A stretch of DNA of 64,000 nt from Acholeplasmataceae bacterium (GCA_963667565.1 OY763415.1:928001-992000); one strand, 5' to 3'. Counted from the first letter of the stretch, positions 18,445 to 30,525 are shown. Program-made: numbers and translations. Notes: generated by a model from the sequence alone, not told the origin.

Positions 18445-20051
18445 GATTTGTTCCTCTTATATTTCATGATGATTTGTTCTGCTGTTTTAATACCATCAAT
18501 GGCTGATGACATAATGCCACCTGCATAACCAGCACCTTCACCCATTGGATATATACCTTTAAGACTTGATTCATGAAACTCATTGCGTTCTAAACGAACT
18601 GGTGAACTTGACCTTGTCTCTACACCCGTTAATAATGCATCTGGATGATTGAATCCTTGGAGTTGTTTGTCAAAATGAATAAGTGCTTCTTTTAACGTAT
18701 CAGTCACATAATTAGGCAATAGTGAAGTCATTTTAACAAATGTAGTTCCAGGTTCGTAACTTGGATTTACTTCACCAAAATGATTTGAAATCTTATCTTG
18801 ATGAAACTCTCCTACCCTCTGGATAGGTGCAAAATAATTAGATCCACCAAGTTCAAACGCTTTTTTCTCAAATGACTCTTGAAAATCAAAGCCTGACAAA
18901 GGATGAGCAGATGGGAAATCATTTGGTGTGACATTAACAAGTAATGCGCTATTTGCATTTTTTCCATTTCTCATGCTTCTTGACATTCCATTTGTGACAA
19001 CATGCCCTTCTTCTCCATTTGAAGGCATGACATATCCACCTGGACACATACAAAATGTATATGCTGTTCTACCACTTGGTGAGTGATAGCTTAATTTGTA
19101 GTCTGCAGCACCAAGCGCTTGATGCTGTGCGAAAATTCCATACTGTGCTTTATTGATCTCAGATTGTAGATGCTCTATTCTAACACCAATCGAAAAAGGT
19201 TTTGGTGTCATTGACATGTGCTTATCATAAAGCATTTTAACAGTATCTTTTGCACTATGACCAATGCCTAACAAGAGGATATCTGTATCGATAAATTCAT
19301 TGTGATTGATTTCAATTTTAGATAGTTTCTGATCTTTTATGATAATATCTGTAAGTTTTGTATTAAAAGAAATCTTGCCACCCATATCAATAATTTGTTT
19401 TCTCATATGAACAACGACATGTTTTAAGACATCTGTACCAATATGAGGTTTATTAACATATCTGATTTCTTCAGGTGCGCCATTTTCAATAAATACATCT
19501 AAGATTAATTTTGATCTTATGTCATTTAATAGCGTCGTTAATTTCCCATCAGAAAAAGTGCCTGCTCCGCCTTCACCATAAAGAATTGATGCTTTATAAT
19601 TGAATTTACCTGTTGATAGAAAAGCATCCACTTCTTTTGTTCGATTAATTGCATCTTCTCCTTGTTCAATAACATGAACTTTATATCCTCGTTTAGCTAG
19701 TAAATAACTTGCAAATAAACCTGATGGACCAAATCCAACCACGACAATTGGATGTGTCGTTATCATTTCTCCTTCAGATACTTCTTCATATGTTTTTTCT
19801 TTTGCAAGCGATAGTTTAGGATTTTTAATTAAAATAGCTTTTTCATTTTTAACTAAAACATGTGTGTTATAGACAAATAAAACTTCTGATTTTTTTCTGG
19901 CATCAATTGCTTTTCGATTGATTTTTATTTCTAAAATATCCGCATCTTTAATGTTCCATTTTTTTATGATTTTCTTTTTAAGATGATTAATCTCTGTTTC
20001 TTTATTGATGGCTTCATCTAATTGAAGTTTAATTTCATTAATACTAATCAT
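18441..20051 (-). CDS. FAD-dependent oxidoreductase (COG2509-like)
   Basis: GFGPSG, GEGGAGTFSDGKL, FCMCPGG, GEGAGYAGGI. Confidence 0.9.
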   Translation of the reverse strand: MISINEIKLQLDEAINKETEINHLKKKIIKKWNIKDADILEIKINRKAIDARKKSEVLFVYNTHVLVKNEKAILIKNPKLSLAKEKTYEEVSEGEMITTHPIVVVGFGPSGLFASYLLAKRGYKVHVIEQGEDAINRTKEVDAFLSTGKFNYKASILYGEGGAGTFSDGKLTTLLNDIRSKLILDVFIENGAPEEIRYVNKPHIGTDVLKHVVVHMRKQIIDMGGKISFNTKLTDIIIKDQKLSKIEINHNEFIDTDILLLGIGHSAKDTVKMLYDKHMSMTPKPFSIGVRIEHLQSEINKAQYGIFAQHQALGAADYKLSYHSPSGRTAYTFCMCPGGYVMPSNGEEGHVVTNGMSRSMRNGKNANSALLVNVTPNDFPSAHPLSGFDFQESFEKKAFELGGSNYFAPIQRVGEFHQDKISNHFGEVNPSYEPGTTFVKMTSLLPNYVTDTLKEALIHFDKQLQGFNHPDALLTGVETRSSSPVRLERNEFHESSLKGIYPMGEGAGYAGGIMSSAIDGIKTAEQIIMKYKRNKS

Positions 20052-21264
20052 GATTTTTAATTATGGCTTTATAAACAACACCGGCACTACTCCATGCCCA
20101 TTGTAAATTATAACCACCACTCCTGCCATCAATATCTAAAATTTCACCTGTGAAATATAAATTCTTATTGTATTTAGATTCAAGTGTTTCCAGATGAACC
20201 TCGTTAAGATCAATACCACCACTTGTGACTTGTGCTTCATTATAGTCTAAACTACCAATCACTTTCCACTTCCAGTGTTTTAACAATAAACTTATATGTC
20301 TAAGTTCATCATATGAAAGTGTACTTACTAGTTGATGTTGGTCAAGACCTAAGGTGTTAACTAAAGGATGGATGAGTCTAGAATGAATGAGTCCATTTAA
20401 ACTTTGTTCTAATGTTTTATATCCAATGGTATAAAAACGATTAATGATCTCTTCTAAAGTCAAGTTAGAAATGACTTCAATATCAATTCGAACTTCTTGA
20501 TCTTTCTCTAATGCTAGCAAAGCGAATTTAGAGAGTTGTAGTATAGTTGGACCACTTAAACCATAACTAGTGAATAAAACATCACCTTGTTCTTCAACAC
20601 TGATGTTTCCATCAGCAACCAGTGAGACTTTTGTATTTAATTTAAGTCCATCTAAATGTTTTAAATAAGGACTGTCAATTGTTAATTTCACTAGCGATGG
20701 ACGTATATCAGTTAAATGATGTGATAAAGATGTTGCTAAATGATAACCTGCTCCATCACTTCCTGTTTGTGGAAAAGCTTTACCACCTGTTGATAGAATG
20801 AGGATATCATAAACATAAGTGTTTTGATTTTGATCAATTAATTTATAGTTTGAGTCTAATTTATCAATATGTTTTATTAAAGTGTTTGTATAAACATTAA
20901 TGTTTAATCTTTCGATTTCAGCAAGAAGTGCGTTAACAACACTTGATGCTTGTAAAGATAGAGGAAAATATTTACCTGATTCAAGAATGGTTGTTTCTAT
21001 ACCAAGTGTTTTAAACACATCTAAAGTTTCTTGAACACTAAATTTCGATAAAATATCATCAACAAAAACAGGATGATTATAATCATTTCCTGATAAGTGT
21101 TCATTTGTTAAATTACAACGTCCATTTCCTGTAGTAAGAATTTTCTTACCAACGCGTTGATTGCGCTCAAATATCGTTACATCTAAACCATGTAACGCTA
21201 ATAAAATGCTTACAAAAAGGCCGCTTGCGCCACCACCAATGATGGCTATTTTCTTTTTATTCAT
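20044..21264 (-). CDS. BaiN/YhiN (HI0933) family flavoprotein
   Basis: IIGGGASG, GKKILTTGNGRCN, GGYNLQWAWSS. Confidence 0.9.
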   Translation of the reverse strand: MNKKKIAIIGGGASGLFVSILLALHGLDVTIFERNQRVGKKILTTGNGRCNLTNEHLSGNDYNHPVFVDDILSKFSVQETLDVFKTLGIETTILESGKYFPLSLQASSVVNALLAEIERLNINVYTNTLIKHIDKLDSNYKLIDQNQNTYVYDILILSTGGKAFPQTGSDGAGYHLATSLSHHLTDIRPSLVKLTIDSPYLKHLDGLKLNTKVSLVADGNISVEEQGDVLFTSYGLSGPTILQLSKFALLALEKDQEVRIDIEVISNLTLEEIINRFYTIGYKTLEQSLNGLIHSRLIHPLVNTLGLDQHQLVSTLSYDELRHISLLLKHWKWKVIGSLDYNEAQVTSGGIDLNEVHLETLESKYNKNLYFTGEILDIDGRSGGYNLQWAWSSAGVVYKAIIKNHD

Positions 21265-21424
21265 AGTTTCACCTGTCTATATTATACATGAGAACTGCAA
21301 CGATATCTATCAACAATTTAATTTCAAATATAAAATCATCTTATACTATAAATATCATCGTTATTATCAAAAAAAACCAAGACATCTTCGCCTTGGTTTT
21401 TATTAAAAATCATGTTGATTGAGT

Positions 21425-22108
21425 TTATGATGGCTTTCTTTCAAGTAGAACCCCATCGATGATCGTATAGACCTTATCACAAAACTCAAGCATTCTTTCA
21501 TCATGTGTTACCATGATAGTTGCTTTTTTCTGTGCTTTGGTTTCTCTTGCTAAAAGTTGAACAACCTCATATGCTTTGTTTGTGTCAAGACTTGCGGTTG
21601 GTTCATCTGCGAATATCACATTTGGGTTATGATATAAAGCTTTAGCAATCGCTGAACGCTGTCTTTCTCCTCCTGACAATTCATTTGGATACTTATCAAC
21701 GATTTTTTCCACACCTAATTTATCAAATAATTCTTTCATCCATAAATGATCAACTTTTGATTTTTTAATCTTATTATATAAAACGAGTTGTTCTTTGACA
21801 GTTAAAAAAGGAATTAAATTAGATGCTTGCAAAATAAAACCAATGTGTTCCAATCTCACTTTTGATTTTTCTTTAACAGTTAAATCACTAAATGGTTTAC
21901 CATTAAGTTTAACATGCCCATTTGTCGGTTTTTGCAATCCACCTAAAATAGTTAAAAATGTTGATTTACCCGACCCACTTGGGCCCACAATACCGACAAG
22001 TTCACCTTCATATGCAGTAAAGTTTGTTGGTTTTAATGCACTTATGACATTATCACCTTGTAAAAAATCTTTTGTTACATTATGCATTTCGATAATTGCT
22101 TTTTTCAT
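21425..22108 (-). CDS. ABC transporter ATP-binding protein (LolD/HrtA-like)
   Basis: GPSGSGKS, LSGGERQR, ADEPT. Confidence 0.92.
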   Translation of the reverse strand: MKKAIIEMHNVTKDFLQGDNVISALKPTNFTAYEGELVGIVGPSGSGKSTFLTILGGLQKPTNGHVKLNGKPFSDLTVKEKSKVRLEHIGFILQASNLIPFLTVKEQLVLYNKIKKSKVDHLWMKELFDKLGVEKIVDKYPNELSGGERQRSAIAKALYHNPNVIFADEPTASLDTNKAYEVVQLLARETKAQKKATIMVTHDERMLEFCDKVYTIIDGVLLERKPS

Positions 22109-22109
22109 A

Positions 22110-23177
22110 TTAACCTCCAATAGCCTTTAATGGATCTATTTTTAAGACTGCATTCACTGAGAATAAACCACCAAGTAGTGCAAACAAGATAAAGGCTGAT
22201 GTAATCACTAAATAAAATAGTGCATTCACTGCAAGTGGTACAATATCACTTAAAAAGAAAATGGAAATTTCAGTCAATGCAAATCCAATGATGATACCAA
22301 AAACAACTAATAATAATGTTTGCACAATCACTGAACCTGCAATATATGAATTGGATATCCCCTGTGCTTTCATCACACCAAACATAGGTGTTTTTTGGAT
22401 TGTGAGGACATAGATGAATATACCTAATACAAAAGCGACAATAATAATAAGAAATGAAATCATGATGGTAAATGTCAACACTTGGGCAATATATCCAGGT
22501 AATGTAACAATATAATCTTGAATTGTATATGTGGCTAAATCACTGTTGACGTCAGTTACTTGACCTCTAACCACAATACCACTGTATAAATTTGGAGGAG
22601 TATCTGTTTGAAATCGATACGTTTGCCACAATGTTAAATCCATATAAATCATAGGTGCTGTTTGATAAGTTGCATTTTTCGTAAAACCTGCAATCTCCAA
22701 CTCTATATCTGTACCAGTAATCGCAATCATATCACCTATGTTATAACCCAATTTAGAAAGTTCATCGCTGACAATAACTTTATGATCTATCAAGGTTACA
22801 TTAGAGTCATTTGGCTTAAGAAAACTTTCGTTTTCAATACCAAGTAAATATACATTTAATCTTGTATCGACATTATTTGCTTCAACAGGATCTTTAATGA
22901 CTGCAGGAAATAATCCCAATTTGGCTTTATCTCCATCAACATTTGTATCATCAAAGTATGTTTGATTCATAAATGACATCATTAGATTATCGTTAGCATC
23001 AACTGTCATAACTACATAATCACTATCCCATTCATTAACACCATTAGTGTATGAACTTGCAAGACCATAAGCTAATGAAGTTAAAAAATAGACTAAATAA
23101 CTTACAAGGACAACAACAGAAATAATCAGTGTAAATTTTAATTTTGCATGCTTTAATTCTTTAAATGCTAAAAACAT
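22110..23177 (-). CDS. ABC transporter permease (FtsX/HrtB-like)
   Basis: 1+3 TM layout, FGVMKAQG, IDPLKAIG. Confidence 0.88.
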   Translation of the reverse strand: MFLAFKELKHAKLKFTLIISVVVLVSYLVYFLTSLAYGLASSYTNGVNEWDSDYVVMTVDANDNLMMSFMNQTYFDDTNVDGDKAKLGLFPAVIKDPVEANNVDTRLNVYLLGIENESFLKPNDSNVTLIDHKVIVSDELSKLGYNIGDMIAITGTDIELEIAGFTKNATYQTAPMIYMDLTLWQTYRFQTDTPPNLYSGIVVRGQVTDVNSDLATYTIQDYIVTLPGYIAQVLTFTIMISFLIIIVAFVLGIFIYVLTIQKTPMFGVMKAQGISNSYIAGSVIVQTLLLVVFGIIIGFALTEISIFFLSDIVPLAVNALFYLVITSAFILFALLGGLFSVNAVLKIDPLKAIGG

Positions 23178-23179
23178 TG

Positions 23180-23665
23180 TTATTCTCCTTTATTAAGTAT
23201 TTCTTCAATATAGCGTTCAATATGAATGGGTTTTACTTGTGGACCAAATCTTTTAATGACGCGTCCTTTTCTATCTACTAGAAATTTAGTAAAGTTCCAT
23301 TTAATTTTTTGATTAAAAAACCCTTTTTCATGTCTTTTTAAATATGTATATAATATAGACTCACCTGGACCATTGACTTCAATTTTATTAAACCTTTTAA
23401 ACTCTGTATGATATTTTTTAACACAAAATTCATTAATCTCTAAATTATTACCTTTAGCCCCATTATTAAATTGATTACAAGGAAAATCTAGAATTTCAAA
23501 CCCTTTATCTTTAAATTTATGATACAGATATTGCAGCCCCTCATATTGTGGTGTAAAAAAGCATTTTGTTGCTGTATTTACAATTAACAGCACCTTGCCT
23601 TTATACTTGCTAAACTCCACTAAATTTAATTCTTGATCTTCTACTGTGATTTGATATAAACCCAT
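23180..23665 (-). CDS. Glutathione peroxidase family
   Basis: LIVNTATKC, FPCNQF, KWNFTKFL. Confidence 0.92.
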   Translation of the reverse strand: MGLYQITVEDQELNLVEFSKYKGKVLLIVNTATKCFFTPQYEGLQYLYHKFKDKGFEILDFPCNQFNNGAKGNNLEINEFCVKKYHTEFKRFNKIEVNGPGESILYTYLKRHEKGFFNQKIKWNFTKFLVDRKGRVIKRFGPQVKPIHIERYIEEILNKGE

Positions 23666-23746
23666 TTATATCCTCCTATTTTATATTTTTATCATATATT
23701 TTTTATGTTATACTATGTATAAATCACTTATACATGAGGTATTTTA

Positions 23747-24466
23747 ATGATTACAATTGCATTATGCGATGATGAAACTAAATACTTAGATTTTTATGAA
23801 TCTAAACTCACTGAAATTTCTTCTAAACATCACTTATTGATTGATGTCATACGATTCAAAAATGGTGAATCCTTGCTTTTTTATCTAGAAGATCATCCTA
23901 ATAAATTTGATATCATCTATTTAGATGTGATCACTGGTGGCATGACAGGTATTGATACTGCGCTTGCAATCAGAAAATTTAATCAACAATCCAAAATTAT
24001 TTTTTTGACAAGTTCTGAGTCTTATGTTTATCAATCATTTGATGCAAAGGCGACTAACTATTTGATTAAAAATCTTCATGATGATAAGTTTGAAAGTACA
24101 TTCTTATCAACAGTCAAAAATTTAAATGATGGATCACAACAAAAGGTCATCACATTTAAACGCCAGCAAACAGAAGTAAGTTTTAATCTTTTTGAAATCA
24201 CTCATTTTGAAAGTTATCAACGCATGATTTTGGTTCATACAGTTGATCATAAAACGCATGAATTTTATTATAAATTAGGTGATTTAAAGGATCAATTATC
24301 CGAAAGTGACTTCGTGATGACTCATCGTTCTTTTCTCGTTAATTTACAATTTATTAAGAAGATTTCAAAACAAAGTATATTACTTAAAAACCAAGTTGAG
24401 ATTCCAGTATCTAGAAATTTATCTCAAATGGTGACTCAAACTTATATGAATTATTTAAATCAATAA
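23747..24466 (+). CDS. LytTR-family response regulator
   Basis: CDD receiver, YLD, HRSFLVNL LytTR. Confidence 0.92.
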   Translation: MITIALCDDETKYLDFYESKLTEISSKHHLLIDVIRFKNGESLLFYLEDHPNKFDIIYLDVITGGMTGIDTALAIRKFNQQSKIIFLTSSESYVYQSFDAKATNYLIKNLHDDKFESTFLSTVKNLNDGSQQKVITFKRQQTEVSFNLFEITHFESYQRMILVHTVDHKTHEFYYKLGDLKDQLSESDFVMTHRSFLVNLQFIKKISKQSILLKNQVEIPVSRNLSQMVTQTYMNYLNQ

Positions 24467-24478
24467 AGGAACTATCTT

Positions 24479-25792
24479 ATGATACCAATCATTTATGCAT
24501 TTTTAGCATCAACTACATATTTACTGATTTACATTTATACATACAAAAATTATTTTGAATTGCGCCCTAGATATTATTTAGGCGTTTTATTCATTTTGCT
24601 TAGTGTCTATCTTCAGTTTTATGTTGAAATCTCTTCTGATTTAAGTATAGGATATACTGCACTTCTTTCTTTTATTACATATCCAATTGGTTTTCACTTC
24701 ATTTATAAAACAAACATATTCAATACCTTATTTCTAGCTTTTAATGTGATTGTTAAAATATATATTATGTTTATATTTTTCGCAACCATCTATGCTGTTG
24801 ATCATCATGTAGCATACCATTCTGTATGGATTAAAGGTACTGATTATTTCGCATTAAGCCTAGGTAATGCCTATTTTCTTTCTATAGGTTCTCTCTATTT
24901 AGCTGATATTTTGCTACTTAGAAATAAATTAAAAAGCTTTTTCCTACTCAAGCGAAACCTATTATTTATTATATCCATTCAACTGATTGTCTTAATCAAT
25001 ATGGCTTGGCTTAGTTTTACTAATGTCTTAGTAGATGTTTCATGGTATAACTCTATGCTTATCATCACTTCAATTAGTTTTGAAATCATTTATTTTCTCT
25101 TACGACTTTTTACTGCAAATTCTAGTTACTTCAGTTCATTTAAAATGCGTTCTGAACTCTTGAGTAAGCAATTGATCAATCAAATTGATCACTATAAAGC
25201 TTATGAAGAACAGATGAATCATTTTAATAAATTTAAACATGACAACCAAAAAGTATTTACGAGTATCACTCATTTAATCCAATTAAAAGAGTATGCTGCT
25301 ATAGAACAAATTTTAAAAGAATATGACACTGAATTTAGCAGTTTATCTGTAAACCAAACTTATTCTAACAACTTAATCTTGGATGCTCTTTTAAATGATT
25401 ATGCTAAGCGATTTGAGAAAATTGAGGCACAATTCAGTTCTAAAACATACATTAAATTAGGACAAATGACAGAACTTGATCTCATTAAGTTATTTTATAA
25501 TATTTTAGAAAATGCCTATGAAGCACTCTTGAAAGTCGAACCTGCTCTAAGGAATATCGAAATATCTAGTGAGATTGTAAAAAGTTATTTGAAGATTTCA
25601 TTTGTAAATTCAACGATTCAAACAACTCCAAATCCCGGAAAGACCGTCAAATCCGACAAGATTAACCATGGATTTGGATTGTCTATAATTAAAGATATGA
25701 TTGTGAAATATGATGGTTTCTTTAATCAATTTATCGTGACAAATGATTTAGTTCCATATTATCATCTAGAAATTTTTCTACCTCTAGACTAA
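24479..25792 (+). CDS. Membrane sensor histidine kinase (AgrC-like GHKL)
   Basis: Multi-TM N-terminus, FKHD, NILENAYEA, HGFGL. Confidence 0.9.
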   Translation: MIPIIYAFLASTTYLLIYIYTYKNYFELRPRYYLGVLFILLSVYLQFYVEISSDLSIGYTALLSFITYPIGFHFIYKTNIFNTLFLAFNVIVKIYIMFIFFATIYAVDHHVAYHSVWIKGTDYFALSLGNAYFLSIGSLYLADILLLRNKLKSFFLLKRNLLFIISIQLIVLINMAWLSFTNVLVDVSWYNSMLIITSISFEIIYFLLRLFTANSSYFSSFKMRSELLSKQLINQIDHYKAYEEQMNHFNKFKHDNQKVFTSITHLIQLKEYAAIEQILKEYDTEFSSLSVNQTYSNNLILDALLNDYAKRFEKIEAQFSSKTYIKLGQMTELDLIKLFYNILENAYEALLKVEPALRNIEISSEIVKSYLKISFVNSTIQTTPNPGKTVKSDKINHGFGLSIIKDMIVKYDGFFNQFIVTNDLVPYYHLEIFLPLD

Positions 25793-25799
25793 CAACCTT

Positions 25800-26585
25800 T
25801 TAGGGTTGTTTTTTTTTAATTGGTAAGAAAATAGCTGTATTTTTCTTATATATTTCATATTGTGGATTGTTTTGATACTTCTTTTCAAGTAATGGCACAC
25901 CACTGACAAATCTTAATAATAATGTAATGATTACAGGGCTTAACAAGCCGATAAATGAGATTGGTAATAATCCAGAGATTGATATTATACCGATACCCCA
26001 CCATAATGTGGCTTCACCAAAATAATTAGGATGTCTTGTTAAACTCCACACACCACTTGTAAGTATTTTCCCTTTGTTATTTGGGTTTTTCTTAAATTTA
26101 CTTAAATTTTGATCTGCCAGAACTTCAAAGACAAATCCAATAAGGAATATCATAGCACCAAATGATAGAATGACAAGATGGATAGGTAGAAGTGGTTCAT
26201 TAACATATAAATTTGTTAATATAATTGGTAATCCTATGACGTATGAAAATATGGATTGCATCACAAATATTCTGAAAAAAGCTCTTATTTTAGGGTGATT
26301 TTTCCATTGTGATCGCATTGCTTTATATCTAAAGTCTTCATCTTTTTTCCAATTTCTTTTTAGTAGATATATACTCAATCTCAATCCCCATATAACAACC
26401 ACAAATAATAGAATAAATTTGGTTAAGTTATATGTCCCGCTTAATAGAAGGGAAATGAGTGCAGTTACTATAAAACTCATGCCCCACCCAATATCGATTA
26501 ATCCATTATTTTTTTTATGCTGTGCAATGAAGAACCATATAACAAAATACCCTAATAAACCTAAATAGATGTATAAAAAATTCAT
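25800..26585 (-). CDS. DUF1295 (steroid 5-alpha-reductase-like) membrane protein
   Basis: [19 protein letters not shown]. Confidence 0.9.
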   Translation of the reverse strand: MNFLYIYLGLLGYFVIWFFIAQHKKNNGLIDIGWGMSFIVTALISLLLSGTYNLTKFILLFVVVIWGLRLSIYLLKRNWKKDEDFRYKAMRSQWKNHPKIRAFFRIFVMQSIFSYVIGLPIILTNLYVNEPLLPIHLVILSFGAMIFLIGFVFEVLADQNLSKFKKNPNNKGKILTSGVWSLTRHPNYFGEATLWWGIGIISISGLLPISFIGLLSPVIITLLLRFVSGVPLLEKKYQNNPQYEIYKKNTAIFLPIKKKQP

Positions 26586-28369
26586 TTTCTTTCTCCTTTA
26601 ATATATCCAACTGCAATAGCTTGTCTGCCTGCATTCATAGCAATTACTGTTGAAGATTCAGTCATGTATTCTGGTAAAAACCCTAAAGTTTCAACAAGTT
26701 TTGTTTTTAATATTTCTGCTTTTTTGATATCATCAACATATGTGATTGCATAAGCCATAATACCTTCTTTTTTATGTATCTTTTTCATATGCTTAATAAT
26801 GCTATTAAAACTATTTTTTTCACCAATGACTTTTTTTAGTACAATGCCTTCACCATTTTGATCAATGGAAACAATGGGTTTTAAATGAATGAGTTTTGCA
26901 ATACCTGCTAAATTTTTAGTTATTCTACCACTTCTGACCATATGATCAAGTGTCGTTAATTTTACTAAAATAGTCGCATTAGATACAGCTTCATTCGTTT
27001 TTTTAACAATGCTTTCAAATGATTGATGTTCAGCTATCATTTTTGCAGTAATAAATGTGATTAGACCTTGACTGATACTATTTTGTTTTGAGTCAATCAA
27101 GACGATATCATTAGAATTCATCTCATTAACTGCATTTTTAAATACTTGATATGTACTACTCATCTTTGAAGACACAGTAATAATGATGATTTTTTTGTAA
27201 ATAGTTTTCAAAATGTTTAATTGATTGATGACCATCGCTTGTGATGGAGATGAACTTGTAGGGAAAGTTTCATTTTTTTCAATAAGTTCTAGTACACTTT
27301 GATTGTTAATGGTTTTTTTATCGTAATATTTAGTACCATTGACATGTATTTCTACTGGATAAACTTGAATCTGATATTCATCTAGAAGCACTTGTTCTAT
27401 ATCACCAATGGAATCCGTTAGCACACAAATATCATATTTTTTTTCATTTTTGATCATGTACTGATTTTTCATGTCATCAACTTTTGAATCAATGATATTT
27501 CCTAGAGTTGATAATTGATTAACCATCATATGTGGTTCGTTTGTATGCATATGAATTTTATAATATTGATTAGATCTTCCAATGACAAGTGAATCTCCTA
27601 ATCCATTTAAAAGTGATTTAATATGCTCTTTTTCTTGATTTGATTCTATAAGTACTTCAGTGCAGTATCTAAATTCAATCATCTCATGATCATGTGACTC
27701 AAACATGTGGTTTTCTAATTCAGTAATTCTACTAACATTTTCTTCAGTGACTTTATACTTATCATCAATGATTGTTTTAAGAAAACCATCAACGAATGTG
27801 TAGAATGCTAAGGCACCAGAATCAATGACATTATTCTTCTTAAGCACTGGTAATTGATTTTTTGTTTCTTCTAAGGCAATTTCTAGTTTCTTACTGATAT
27901 CTACTAACAAATGCTCTATATTTGAATTAGTATCTTTATTTTCATGTAGCAATTGATAAAATTCTCGCATTAAAGTAATCATCGTTCCTTCTACTGGATG
28001 ATCAATTGCTTTATATGCTTCCTCATAACCCTTTTTTATTTGTGCTCTTAAACTATTTAAATTCATGGTATCTTCTTCGATATCTTTACTTAAACCATAA
28101 ATGAATTGTGAAAATATTAAACCAGAATTCCCTTTAGATCCAATTAAGGCTGCATTTGATACGGATTCTAGTGTTTGTCTTAACGAGGGTTGAATACTAG
28201 ATTTATAAACGATAGCATCCATCATTGAACGTAAATTACTCCCAGTATCTGCATCTTTAACTGGAAAGACGTTAATTTCATTTAGAATTTTTTCTTTATT
28301 GATGACTGATTTCGCACCATTGATGATGGCATTAAATATAGTATGTTTTAATATTTGAATACGTTCCAT
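26582..28369 (-). CDS. DAK2-DegV fusion (fatty acid kinase FakA/FakB-like)
   Basis: [22 protein letters not shown]-terminal DegV TDS/PTSS/SSKMSST. Confidence 0.88.
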   Translation of the reverse strand: MERIQILKHTIFNAIINGAKSVINKEKILNEINVFPVKDADTGSNLRSMMDAIVYKSSIQPSLRQTLESVSNAALIGSKGNSGLIFSQFIYGLSKDIEEDTMNLNSLRAQIKKGYEEAYKAIDHPVEGTMITLMREFYQLLHENKDTNSNIEHLLVDISKKLEIALEETKNQLPVLKKNNVIDSGALAFYTFVDGFLKTIIDDKYKVTEENVSRITELENHMFESHDHEMIEFRYCTEVLIESNQEKEHIKSLLNGLGDSLVIGRSNQYYKIHMHTNEPHMMVNQLSTLGNIIDSKVDDMKNQYMIKNEKKYDICVLTDSIGDIEQVLLDEYQIQVYPVEIHVNGTKYYDKKTINNQSVLELIEKNETFPTSSSPSQAMVINQLNILKTIYKKIIIITVSSKMSSTYQVFKNAVNEMNSNDIVLIDSKQNSISQGLITFITAKMIAEHQSFESIVKKTNEAVSNATILVKLTTLDHMVRSGRITKNLAGIAKLIHLKPIVSIDQNGEGIVLKKVIGEKNSFNSIIKHMKKIHKKEGIMAYAITYVDDIKKAEILKTKLVETLGFLPEYMTESSTVIAMNAGRQAIAVGYIKGERK

Positions 28370-28773
28370 TATTTAAAAACTCCTTGATAGATTAAATAAG
28401 TTAATATGGATGTTATCGTTGCAACAAATGTTCCCCAAGTCATATCTACTAGTACGATTTTTAAAGGAAATCCTTCTAAAGTAGCATAATTTGTTAAATC
28501 ATATGTTGCATAAGTCACAAATCCAAAAAGTGCAGCGAGCATAATCGTTTTTATTAAAGATTGACTTTCAATACCTGGAACAATGACAAATACAGATAAT
28601 CCAATAATAAAAATTATATAGAAAATAAATGCAGCAACCATATTGAATTTTTCTTTCATCAACGATCCTAGTTCAGCTTCATAAAAATTCTTTGCAACCG
28701 CTGCAAGCCATATAAAATCAATCGTTAAAAATATAATAATCGCAATGATAATAACCTTTAAATATAATAACAT
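28369..28773 (-). CDS. DUF2177 family membrane protein
   Basis: DFIWL, YATYDLTNYATL, DMTWG. Confidence 0.88.
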   Translation of the reverse strand: MLLYLKVIIIAIIIFLTIDFIWLAAVAKNFYEAELGSLMKEKFNMVAAFIFYIIFIIGLSVFVIVPGIESQSLIKTIMLAALFGFVTYATYDLTNYATLEGFPLKIVLVDMTWGTFVATITSILTYLIYQGVFK

Positions 28774-28842
28774 CTTAACATCTCCTTAAATTTTTAATAT
28801 TTACAATCTAATTTTATTCAATTTCTCTAATTTAAACAAAAA

Positions 28843-28879
28843 ATTGTAGTGAAATGTTGATTCATTGTAGTGAAATGTT
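28843..28879 (-). promoter_or_regulatory. 16-bp direct repeat with 21-bp period, candidate LytTR binding site
   Basis: ATTGTAGTGAAATGTT at 28843 and 28864. Confidence 0.65.
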
Positions 28880-29087
28880 AAATCGAACAACTCAAACATT
28901 TGTAAACATAGATTTAATATCAATCATTATACGGAAAAGCATAATTAATTTAGTTTTTAATTTAAATTGCTAATCATATATTTTGTTTAAAGATCAATAA
29001 ATGCTATTGTTAAATGTCATTTTATTTCATTTCTAAGCTGTTAAACAAAATTAATTTGATAAATATTATATGATTTACAAGTACATA

Positions 29088-29120
29088 ATAAAAAGCCTGA
29101 TACAAAGTTGTATCAGACTT
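29088..29120 (-). terminator. Probable terminator of DEAD-box helicase gene
   Basis: CTGATACAA/TTGTATCAG stem with A-run on + strand. Confidence 0.65.
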
Positions 29121-29187
29121 ATACTTTTATTATGGATTGCATTACCTATTTTAATAAAATTAGAATATATTTAAAAAATAAAGCGGA

Positions 29188-30525
29188 TTAGAATTTTCTA
29201 GATGATTTAGATTTAGAGTATTTATCGTAATATTTTTTCTTTGATTTAGTTTTTTGATAAGGGGCTTCTTGCTTCTTTTTATTTGTATCGGATGAATTTG
29301 CTTTTTTTCTGTTAGTATGTTCTTGGTTTGAACTTTTTTGTCTTTGGCCTTTGCTTGGCTTTAATTCATTTCTTGTTTGTTCAACTCGAATGGTTGTATG
29401 AAATGGTTGTTTTGTAATCACAGGTATTGACATTTGATTAGTTTTTTCAATGGCTCTTAATAAATGTAATTCATCTTGTGAACAAAATGACATTGCTATA
29501 CCTGTTTTTTTTGCTCTACCAGTTCTACCAATTCTATGAACATATGTTTCCGGAGATTCTGGTAAGTCATAATTTATTACATGTGATAAATCATCTACAT
29601 CAATCCCACGAGCTGCAATATCGGTTGCAACTAAAACTCTTGTACGTTTAACTTTAAAGTTATTTAATGCTGTTTGTCTCATGTTTTGTGATTTATTGCC
29701 ATGAATCGCATCTGCTTTAACACCGTAGGCAAGTAGTTCTTTAACTAATTTGTTTGCCCCATGTTTTGTTCTTGTAAAAACTAAAACAGATGCCATCTTA
29801 GGATTAACTAGCAACTCAATCAGAAGATTAGTTTTATCTTTTTTTGTAACAAAATATAAGCTATGATCAATTTTATCTAACATTGCTTCTGGTGGTGTGA
29901 TTTCAATTCTTACCGGATTAAATAACAGCTCATTTGCAAAAGACAATATTTCTTTTGGTAAAGTAGCTGAAAACATCATGGTTTGATGCATATCTTTAAC
30001 ATGAGATACTATTTTTCTAACGTCTTTGATAAAACCCATATCTAACATATGATCTGCTTCATCTAAAACTAGATATTTAACAAATTGTAATTTAACTAAC
30101 CCTTGGTTGATTAAATCTAATAATCTACCTGGTGTCGCAACGAGTATGTCAACACCATTTCTTAACACTTTTTCTTGGCTTTTTTGTGAGACTCCACCAT
30201 ATATTACTTCTGTTTTAAGTCCCATATGAAGAGAGTACCCTCTAAAGCTATCTTTGATTTGTTCTGCTAATTCTCTGGTTGGAGCTAGTATTAAAGCCCT
30301 AATATGTTTTTTATCATATTTCAATTTGTCTTGATACAACCCTTGAATAATTGGTATTGAAAAAGCTGCAGTTTTACCTGTACCTGTTTGTGCACTTGCG
30401 AGTACATCTTTTTGTTGTAAAAGTACAGGAATGGCTTGTTCTTGAATAGGTGAAGGTGTATCATAGCCTTCATTTTCTACTGCTTTTAATATTTCTGGGA
30501 TAATTCCTAAATTTTTAAATGACAT
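29188..30525 (-). CDS. DEAD-box RNA helicase (RhlE-like)
   Basis: AQTGTGKT, PTRELA, DEAD, SAT, HRIGRTGR; basic tail. Confidence 0.95.
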   Translation of the reverse strand: MSFKNLGIIPEILKAVENEGYDTPSPIQEQAIPVLLQQKDVLASAQTGTGKTAAFSIPIIQGLYQDKLKYDKKHIRALILAPTRELAEQIKDSFRGYSLHMGLKTEVIYGGVSQKSQEKVLRNGVDILVATPGRLLDLINQGLVKLQFVKYLVLDEADHMLDMGFIKDVRKIVSHVKDMHQTMMFSATLPKEILSFANELLFNPVRIEITPPEAMLDKIDHSLYFVTKKDKTNLLIELLVNPKMASVLVFTRTKHGANKLVKELLAYGVKADAIHGNKSQNMRQTALNNFKVKRTRVLVATDIAARGIDVDDLSHVINYDLPESPETYVHRIGRTGRAKKTGIAMSFCSQDELHLLRAIEKTNQMSIPVITKQPFHTTIRVEQTRNELKPSKGQRQKSSNQEHTNRKKANSSDTNKKKQEAPYQKTKSKKKYYDKYSKSKSSRKF

